From the human T2T-CHM13v2.0 reference genome, Homo sapiens, in assembly GCF_009914755.1 (NCBI RefSeq), contig NC_060947.1: 64,000 nucleotides of DNA; one strand, written 5' to 3'. Positions 54,641 through 64,000 of the stretch are shown one piece after another. The notes beneath the pieces are model-generated. The model was not told the origin of the DNA. It did not search any database and saw only the letters and a program-made list of their open reading frames with translations. The translations under genes were made by a program, and so were the position numbers. How positions within the stretch are numbered: the stretch's first letter is position 1; the number at the start of each line of letters is the position of its first letter.

Positions 54641-54910
54641 CTACCAATTAAAATAACACTTTATTTTAACCTATTTTTAAATGTATGTGCTACCTCCTGA
54701 AACTAATTATTAGCTTAGGAAGAATCTACATTGCTACAGGTGTGTCCATCATTACCTTAGGTGTGCAAGTGAAGCAGTCACCAATGTTGAAATGTGCATG
54801 TGTGTGTGAAGCTGTGGGATACACAGTAGAAATGAATGGAAAGATGCTTATTGAGTTCCCAGCCTGCTTCTTGACAAACCAAACCACTACCAAATCATTG
54901 AGCCCCCATT

Positions 54911-54914
<4 letters not shown>

Positions 54915-54950
<36 letters not shown>

Positions 54951-54966
54951 ACAAACACACACACAC
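54915..54966. repeat. Interrupted (AC)n microsatellite in intron 21
   Basis: (AC)15 followed by an imperfect extension. Confidence 0.9.
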
Positions 54967-57900
54967 CTTTTGTGGACTCACATAAGCTAATGGACCCACA
55001 TAAGCTAATGCTTTGCCCACACCTCAGCCTCAGACCAAAGCCAATTTCCTCCCCTCTCCTGAAACCAGACCCACCCCAACATCACTGTCAGTGATGAACT
55101 GCTACACCTCCTTCAAGTGTTAGTTCAGAAACTATTTTTCCTGGTTAGCCTTCTCTGACTCACCCAGACAAATTTAGTGCTGCTTCTTCTATGCTTCTAC
55201 TTCACTTTGTATATAACTTCATTATAGCAAATTATTGCACCATATTATAAGGTTGCTTTGCTTTTCTGCTTTCCTTATTAGACTGAGATCCTTAAGGCAG
55301 TGAACCCATTTGAGTCACCTAACTTTCTGTGTCTCAACTTATCTGTAAAGTGAAGATAATATTAGTTTTTATCTCAAAGGGCTGCCATAGGGGTTAAAGA
55401 GTTAATACATGTAATGTGCTGAGTTCAGGGCCTGGCGCATACTAAACACTCAATCAATGTTAGCTTTTATATTCTCTCTAGCCCCAGCACCTAATATGGT
55501 ATCTGGTATAATACTGCTGTATAGCAAATGCTTTGGAATGAATGAGTGAATAATGGGAAAGTAGTACAGAATGGACACTTCTTAAAGAAGAGGTCATGGG
55601 CTGCAAGAACATTAGAAGTATCAGTTACTGTCCTAATAAGCAAGTCAAATTTAGCACGTTTTCACACATGCCTGACACACACAATTGGACTGGTCATCAC
55701 TCTTATGCTTAATAACTGTCTCCTTCAGCTGACTGTAAGTTCCATTCATACACTCATTCAAAGAATATTTTTTAGCACTTGCTATGTGCCAAGCACTGTT
55801 TTAGATACAGGGAATAGAGTAGTAAACAAGAAAGAAAGCCCTGCCCTCATGGAACTTACAGTTGAGTAGGAGAAATAGACCTTATATCATATATGTTTTT
55901 ATTTGTTTATAGCATCAAGTAGTGATAAGCGCAGGAGAAAAATGAAGCAGGGTAACAGGACAGAGTGTCAAGGTCTTCAGAAGTTGCAGCCCTGTCTTTT
56001 CCCAGATAGATGGTATTCCCAATCAAAGACACTTCATTTTAACCTCTTGGTATTGTGGCATAAAAAAGTGAAAGCACCAGGCACAAAAATCATGATTTCT
56101 ACTGAATTGACTTTTACTGTTTCTTCATATAGATAGAGTATAAGAGTTCTTTCTTGGACCAGTGATTATTGTATTTTCCAGCAGCCTTGCTAGAATAAAG
56201 CTGCAATAGAACCAGGCTACAATAAAGCCTTGGCAGCCTACCTACATTCTGCAACTGACAAATGCTTGACAACTGATGAATGCTTGACAAACTGCCAGGC
56301 TTATCCACTTCATCTTCTTGTGCCTCTTCTACATTATAATTGGCACCTGGGAGCAGTTTGACAATTACAGACTCAACAGCTTCACCTATGTGCCCAGCCA
56401 GGTGTTTCAGTGTAACTACAAGACACATCTCTCTACTAGGAAGTAAGCAAGGTGGTAATGAGTTTCACTGTATAAAAGTACAAACACTGCAGCTGCGTAT
56501 CTCCATGGGGCCTGCTGACTTCCCCCTGTGCATTGCCTGGTCTTGGTCACCTGGTGCTCCTCAAGCCAGCCCAGTGCTCTTGTGTCTTGGGGCCAGGCTG
56601 TTGTGCACTCTTCAGGCCTTCTCACGAGAATAGATGCCTTCTCCAACTCCCTTCCTTGTCAGCACCCCCTTTCAACTCCATCTCCATGGTTTATTTTATA
56701 AAGTTACGAGATCTATAAAAAGTCTAGCTGGACCTTAGTAGGACAGATGGCAAAACCACCTTGAAGATAAGGCGATTCAATAGTGGTAGATGATAACATA
56801 ACTAGGTGGATTTGTAACTGGTTTAATTACCACAAGTGAACAGTGACAGTTAATAGATGGTTATCAACTTAAAGGGAGCATTCCGGAAACAGTGTAGTAC
56901 AACGATTACCAGTTAGGGTTCTGGAGCCCAACTATCAGAATTTGAATTTTGGCTCAGTCACTTATTAGCCATGTGACTTGGGCCACAATAACCTCTCTAT
57001 GCTTCAATTTCATTATCTGAAATGAAGATGATAGTAACATCTACCTCACAAGGTTGTAGTAAGGACTTAACAGCTTGATTTGTATTGTGCACATACTAAG
57101 GAAGTCTTGTCTACTTCAATATTTTGATCATGACTTTGCTGCAGTATTAGAAAGTTTACTGATCAAATCAGTAACTGGAAAAACTAGGAAATACTTTGGG
57201 ACACTGAAGATCGGCAAGCTGAAACAATGGGCCAAATCTAGTAAGTGGAAACAACAGAGTATATCATTCAGGGTTCATTGGCTAGGCACAGACAGGACAC
57301 TCTATTTACTAGTCTTATCAGGTTGTATCTAGTGAGGAAGATATAATTCCGCCCTCCCAAATAAGAATGTTATTACAAAAAATTAAATAGCACAGACAGA
57401 CACAGGGTGGCCAAATAGATAAACATGTTCTCTATATAGGGATACACTTAAGGTTGAAAATAACCATAGAAATACAAGGTGAAGAACATAACATGTTGTT
57501 TGGCAGAAGCACAAACCAACAAAAAATACTTAGGGATTAGTGAACAGCAGCTCAGATTGAGTCAAAATTGGCAGTGTCTACAAAACAATGCTGTGGCATT
57601 AATAGACATGCTATTTGCAAAGATGGAAACCAAAATGTTTTCTCCATTTCCTGTTTGGGCTTCTAGAAGGCATCTAGCCTTATGTTTAGGTGGAGAGGCT
57701 GAGCAGGCACTTCCAAGCTGCCCTCAGCTTTTGTGAGGCATGGAAGAGACCCAAGAGTTTCCATCTGTCTGTCTTTGAAGGGGCCTCATTGATCATATGT
57801 TGAAATGATAGTATTTTCAGATATGTTGAGTTAAATAAAATGTATTATTAAAGTGAATTTCACATTTTTGAAAACGTGGCTACAGAAAATGTAAAAGTAC

Positions 57901-58273
57901 ACATGTGGTTTGCATTTGTGAACCATTTGTTTTATGTTAAAATAAAGGGGATTGGAGTACTTAAGGACACGTGGGCAGTTGGAAGCATCTAATAATAACA
58001 TATACTGTCTTGAGAGATGACGAGTTCAATATTATAGAAAATATTCAGATGTTCTAATCCCAGTAGAAGGACTAAAATACAGAAACAGGACATATCAATA
58101 TACTCAATTCTATCCCCATATCTCTTTGTTCATGACTGCTTTTGTACAAATCATTAAGGCATTCTGTTCTTTAGTTTTCTCATATTCATAGAATCCTTTG
58201 AGCTTGCAAGAGGAATAAGTAATGCAATTGATTGAATGTGATACATTTCCCATCATTGATTACATTTTCTAAC

Positions 58274-58359
58274 CTTGATCCAAGAAAAGGGCTCCTTGGT
58301 GCTCCAGGCATTGATTGATCCGGAATAATGAAGTCTGGCCAGCTTTGGGGCCCACTGTC
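58274..58359 (-). CDS. F8: Factor VIII exon 21, 86 bp
   Basis: GQWAPKLARLHYSGSINAWSTKEPFSWIK; AG/GT boundaries. Confidence 0.97.
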
Positions 58360-58596
58360 CTTTGCCCAAGTAAAGAAACAGAGATTAAATTCAGCTGGGT
58401 TAGTCCTAGACACTTGAGAATAAAATTATTGTCTTGAGAAAGGTTAATCTAAGCTGTGGTGAAAATAGAGAAAAACATAAAGGCTTTATGGCATACCAGT
58501 ATCAATTACTATCTAAGGATATTGCTTATCCTTGTTGTCCATTTTATTTTCTAAAATTTATAATTTTGTTAATTGTTAGCACCTCTAACTAGCTGA

Positions 58597-58936
<340 letters not shown>

Positions 58937-59778
58937 TATTATTTATTACGCAATGTATGTTCATTGTAGAAAAATCAGAAAATGAAAAGTAAAAATTAGT
59001 AAAAATACAAATAAAAGACATTTTAAAATGTAACCCTTCCACCTAGTGAAAAATGTTACTATTTTGGTGTAAAACTCTCACGCCTCCTTTTCAAGAGGAT
59101 TTTTTTTTACCTCACAACAACATAGGTTGGCAAACTTTTTCTGTAAAGGGCCAGATAGTAAATCATTTAGGCTTTGCATATTATATGGTCTCTGTTGCAA
59201 CTATGTTACTGCTGCTGTAGCCATAGATGATATGTAAATTAATGGACGTGGCTGTGTTCCAAAATAAGGCTTTATTACGGATGCTGAAATTTGAATTTTA
59301 TAATTTCACATGTCATGAAATAGTCTTCATCTTTTTGACAATTATTTAAAAATGGAAAATCTGTTCATAGCTCACATGCCATACAAAAACAGGCAGTGTG
59401 CTGCATTTAGCCTGTGGGCAGTAGTGCTCTAAAACAATTTCTGAGAATTCTCTATAGACCCTAGTCAAACTTTACCATTACTGCTCATAGGAAAGTATAG
59501 CTTCCTGCTGCACTGAAAAGAATTGACTCAAGGAAGAAATACTGAAGGTAGGGAGGATATTTAAGGAGGCAGTGTCATTGCCCAGGTAAGAAATGATGGT
59601 GACCTGAGTTAAGATGGCCACAGTGGGAAGTGGAGAGGAGGAGATGTATTTGAGAGGCACTTATGGAATAGAACTAATAGAAGCATGGAGATGGATTCAT
59701 TATCTGAGATTCTCCACCAGATTATTAAAAAAAGATATAATCAGCCCAGGTTCTTGGAGCAAAAATAATAGTATTTAC

Positions 59779-59850
59779 CATATTGTCCTGAAGCTGTAAT
59801 CTGAAAATCTCTAATGTGTCCAGAAGCCATTCCCAGGGGAGTCTGACACT
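59779..59850 (-). CDS. F8: Factor VIII exon 20 (start of C1), 72 bp
   Basis: KCQTPLGMASGHIRDFQITASGQY; AG/GT boundaries. Confidence 0.97.
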
Positions 59851-60458
59851 CTGAAATGAAACGGGTGGAACACAGTAACTAGAAGTGCACAAAATTCAGC
59901 TTCTCAAATGTAAGTCAATGAAAATGGGAGAACGTCAACAAATGCTATTTTTTAGTGTTTAAATGTGCCAAGAACTGTACTCAACGTTTTACTGTATTAG
60001 TTCATTTAATTAATCCTAACAGGTGCTAGAATGATTCACATTTTACAGCTGAAGAAACTGGGGTCCGTACATAAATAGACCAGTGGCTCTCTTACTTGTT
60101 TAGGGTTAAATCTCCAAACTCTTCCAAGTAGTATTTCTAAGTTATCTGGTAACTAAATCAACATTAAATTCCAAAATCTGCTACTGGAGATCTTCGAGCT
60201 TTACCAAGTTGTGAAAATGAGGTGGTATTTTTTTTTTGTCAATTATTTAGAGCTTCAGGTACAAAGTGTTCAAAGCTTCAAGTATATCTGCCCTACTCTG
60301 AGAACTCTGATGATTTCTACCAGCAATATTCATTTTAAATTTGATAATGATGTAAACTTGTATTTATTTCCTGACACAAGCAACCATTCCAGAAAGGAAG
60401 AAAGCTGTAAAGAAGTAGGCTGAGTAGGTAGGGAACCTCTGCCCACATTGCTACTCAC

Positions 60459-60575
60459 TATTGCTGTACACCAGAAAAAGTGTGCTCATCCCAGCATGTA
60501 GATGCTCGCCAATAAGGCATTCCACCCGCCAAATTCCAGCTTTGGATGGTAACATTTCCACTGTCTCAAAAACAC
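60459..60575 (-). CDS. F8: Factor VIII exon 19, 117 bp
   Basis: Hand translation gives VFETVEMLPSKAGIWRVECLIGEHLHAGMSTLFLVYSN; boundaries ataag|GT...A|gtgag. Confidence 0.97.
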
Positions 60576-61587
60576 CTTATAAAAACCAACAGGAACAGAA
60601 ATTATTTCTTTTCACTAAAAAATGAGCATGAGATACATTGGTTTATGCGAAATATCAGAGTAGACCTACCAAATTTGGTAGTTCCACTACTTTTGGACCC
60701 CTCAAATGCAAAGTGCTTGCTACGTGACCCTTACAGTTGGGGGTTGTGGAGATTGAGTTCTGACCACTCCCCTCCCCCCAGGAGATGAGAAACAGGGTGA
60801 CTGAATTCTTTGATGGTTGGGACAGGAGAATGCTACTGCATTATGATTGACCTACATTCCCAGGGTCTTTCTGAGCAAAAGGTGTGTTTCCCATTGGCCA
60901 GATGTGGACTCTGTGAAACAGATAAGTCAGGGTGAGTTCCCTCTGGATCCAGTCCACTAGAGCTGCCTACAAGGGTAAAGTTACCCCAGCAACAAGAAGC
61001 TGCAGGTGAACACTGAGGGCTGAGAAATGAGTCACAAGTGACCACCCAGAGTAAAGGTGGAAGAAATCATGTCAAGGGGATTTCATGACAGTCACGTAAG
61101 GGAGTCTCTAAAGAGTTCCCTGAAAGTGCCCTGCAGGAGAAAGAGTCAACAAGTATTGCCAGGCACAAACAGTGTTAAGCTAGTTTACAACAATGGTGCC
61201 AGCTGTAAATAGGTAAGAACTATCTTATCCCCTTACCTTTAACCTATCCATGTTGGAGTTCAAAACAGCAGCTATAAAGGGGTTGTGGGGAAGCACGATC
61301 ATCACAAGGTACAGAAACAGAGGACTCAACCATGTCTCCCTTTTCCAATGCAGACTTCCAGCCTGATGCAGGCTCAAGTTGGAGGAGGGGAGATTGAAGT
61401 TAAATCAAGTTTACAATTTTGATTAATATCTTGGGATGGACATTGTAATTTCTGATTTGAACTGTATTTGTGACATAAAGTGACTTTAGTCCTGTTTATT
61501 ACTTAAGGGTGAGCAGAAAAGTTACAGGGCTTATCAGAATTTTTACGAAGAAATAAGGAAAGTTTACCCCCGCTATTAAACTGGATG

Positions 61588-61897
<310 letters not shown>

Positions 61898-62220
61898 TAA
61901 AGGGACAGTGAAGAACCAAAATAAAATTGTGTTGTGATCAACATTATGAGTAGTGCTTAATCAATATACTGGTTACATACATAAACAAATGACTCTTTGG
62001 ATGACTACTGGTGCCCTATGGGATTTGAGATGGTAAATGATAAAGGAATAAATTCCTTTTCCCTAGGAAAGTACTGTGACATTAATTATCCATTTATTCT
62101 GTTCTATTTCCTTTTTAGCAATTTTTCTATATCTGAAATTATCTTGTTCATTTGCTTTGAACAAATGGTTTAAAAAGCATTTGAAAAAGTATTACTTAAG
62201 AGCATGGAGCTTGTCTGCTT

Positions 62221-62226
62221 TGATCA
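62221..62226. other. TGATCA site, probably the intron 18 BclI RFLP (cut allele)
   Basis: Lies between sequences recalled as the classical primer sites (CTGAAATTATCTTGTTC and GCCTAGACCATTTAAA). Confidence 0.6.
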
Positions 62227-62313
62227 CTGATTGTGTTCCCAGTGCCTAGACCATTTAAAGTAAGTACTCAACAAATAGAGTAGGTAGAAGAAAGAGCACA
62301 AACAAGCTCATAC

Positions 62314-62496
62314 CTGGATAGAGATTGTACAGTGCCATTTTATACTCCTCTTTTTTTCGTACAGTGAACACATGTCCACTGAAATGAATAGAATGGATGT
62401 TTTCATTGCTGCCCATGCTGAGCAGATACCATCGAATCCTTTGATCCTGAGCCATTACTAAGCCAGGTAGTGTATCCATTATGTAGCCATTGATTG
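62314..62496 (-). CDS. F8: Factor VIII exon 18, 183 bp
   Basis: AINGYIMDTLPGLVMAQDQRIRWYLLSMGSNENIHSIHFSGHVFTVRKKEEYKMALYNLYPG; AG/GT boundaries. Confidence 0.98.
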
Positions 62497-62703
62497 CTGG
62501 AGAAGGACACAGAGAAGCCTGTTAAAATCTATTATATAAGTTTCTTTCTCTCCACTCCACCAAAAAAACTGACATCTATGAGGATTCCACTCCCACAGAT
62601 ATACTCTAAATAAATACAATGTTCAAGTCCCTGGATCAAGTCTCATTTGTCAAAGTGCAATCTGCATTTCACAGTGATAATGTTTGGATGTGGAATATAT
62701 TAC

Positions 62704-62932
62704 CATGGAAGCGATAATTCTCTTTAAAAGTGGGATCTTCCATCTGGATATTGCAGGGAGCCCTGCAGTTTCTTTCCATATTTTCAGTGAAGTACCAGCT
62801 TTTGGTCTCATCAAAGATGGTGAAAAACAGAGCAAATTCCTGTACTGTCACTTGTCTCCCATGAGCAGGGTTCAGTGTGTTAGTGTGGCAGACCAGAAGG
62901 GGTCCAATCAGGCCTGAGTGCACATCTTTTTC
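62704..62932 (-). CDS. F8: Factor VIII exon 17, 229 bp
   Basis: EKDVHSGLIGPLLVCHTNTLNPAHGRQVTVQEFALFFTIFDETKSWYFTENMERNCRAPCNIQMEDPTFKENYRFH; AG/GT boundaries. Confidence 0.98.
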
Positions 62933-63218
62933 CTAGGGAGGGAAGACATCAATCCTATGAGTATAAGCTCTCTCACCTATGAACCAGAGTGGATTTCTCA
63001 TCAATTTTTATGCCAGTCCAACCTGCCTCCCACCTTCCAAAAATATAATCCATCCTCTTCAGTAGATTCCAGAATGACATTTCTAAAACACAAATATAAT
63101 GATCAACTCTCCTATTTAAAGCTTCTTATTGCACGTAGGATAAATATCAAAATTCTTAGTACACAAAGACCATTTCTTTTAAACCAAAAAGTGGTCAGCA
63201 CAATAGACACCTGCTTAC

Positions 63219-63431
63219 CAGGTCAACATCAGAGAAATAAGCCCAGGCTTTGCAGTCAAACTCATCTTTAGTGGGTGCCATATGATGTTGCACTTTCCAA
63301 AAGTAAGTTTTGGTTTCATTAGGCTTGACAAAGTTTTTTCTAGGTTCTGCTCCTTGCCTCTGATCTTCCTCATAAGAAATAAGGCTAGAATAGAAGGAAT
63401 AGGGACGAGAGGCCTGATTTCTGAAAGTTAC
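63219..63431 (-). CDS. F8: Factor VIII exon 16 (A3 domain), 213 bp
   Basis: Encodes VTFRNQASRPYSFYSSLISYEEDQRQGAEPRKNFVKPNETKTYFWKVQHHMAPTKDEFDCKAWAYFSDVDL. Acceptor AG at 63432-33, donor GT at 63217-18. Confidence 0.98.
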
Positions 63432-64000
63432 CTGTAGAACAATAACGACAAAAAAAAAAAAGCAAGAATAATCTTCTAGGATCTTAAGGTCCTTAGGGTT
63501 TACATCCCTAAAAGAAATACCTGTCTTTTGGTCTTTATCAAAGTTTTTAATACCCTGGAAGAAGTGGTACAGAAGATGGATGCTGTTAGAACTCAAACCT
63601 AATCCTGAGGAGGTTTTGTATTCTAAATTTAAGGTATGAACTCAAAGTTGCAAAGGAGAAAATTCCTAAACACATAAAAGCCATTCCAGAGTAAAAGGGA
63701 AAATGTTACTGCAGGGGTTATAAGAGACCATAACGCCAGGAGTTGATATGTAAGTTAAGGTTCTTCATGACAAATTCTAGAATGAATGCATATTATCTTT
63801 TAAAAAAGGCTTACTTTCCAGATTAAAAATTATACATATTTATCATAGAATATAATGGAAAGTAAAATAAAATGTAAGGCAAAAATTGCCCACAATTCCA
63901 TAATTTTAGATCCTTCTACATCCTTAATATACACCATCAATTAATTGAAACAACGAATAGATATTTTCAGAAAAAAATAAAACTACTTTGATCTTTGGTT

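Noticed and set aside
54974-55010. Short duplication GGAC(T/C)CACATAAGCTAAT (also TTATTTGTAGC x2 at ~1114-1135)
   Set aside because: Ordinary slippage duplications with no sign of function.

Overview
Human (primate) X-chromosome DNA covering the 3' part of the coagulation factor VIII gene (F8, minus strand). Exons 16-25 are all present, with canonical GT/AG ends and a continuous reading frame. The 32,849-bp intron 22 (21636-54484) holds the CpG-island repeat int22h-1. That repeat contains H2AB1 (H2A.B), F8A1 (HAP40), the first exon of the short F8B transcript and the annotated MIR1184 hairpin. The rest is a dense set of nested transposons: a full-length L1PA4/5-like element with a 17-bp TSD and an open ORF0-like frame, a two-LTR ERVL provirus, a 12-kb L1M/MaLR/L1PA/Alu stack that splits a MER5, MER4 solo LTRs and about 20 Alus. 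This is a heavily studied locus and I found no credible wholly new biological system. The most interesting leads are CpG gain in old repeats inside int22h (possible GC-biased gene conversion), the L1 antisense ORF0 facing F8 exons, an L1 insertion-associated deletion with an apparent templated patch, and an unexplained exon-like segment behind F8A1. Repeat subfamily names and int22h boundaries come from recognition by eye and recall, not from RepeatMasker.
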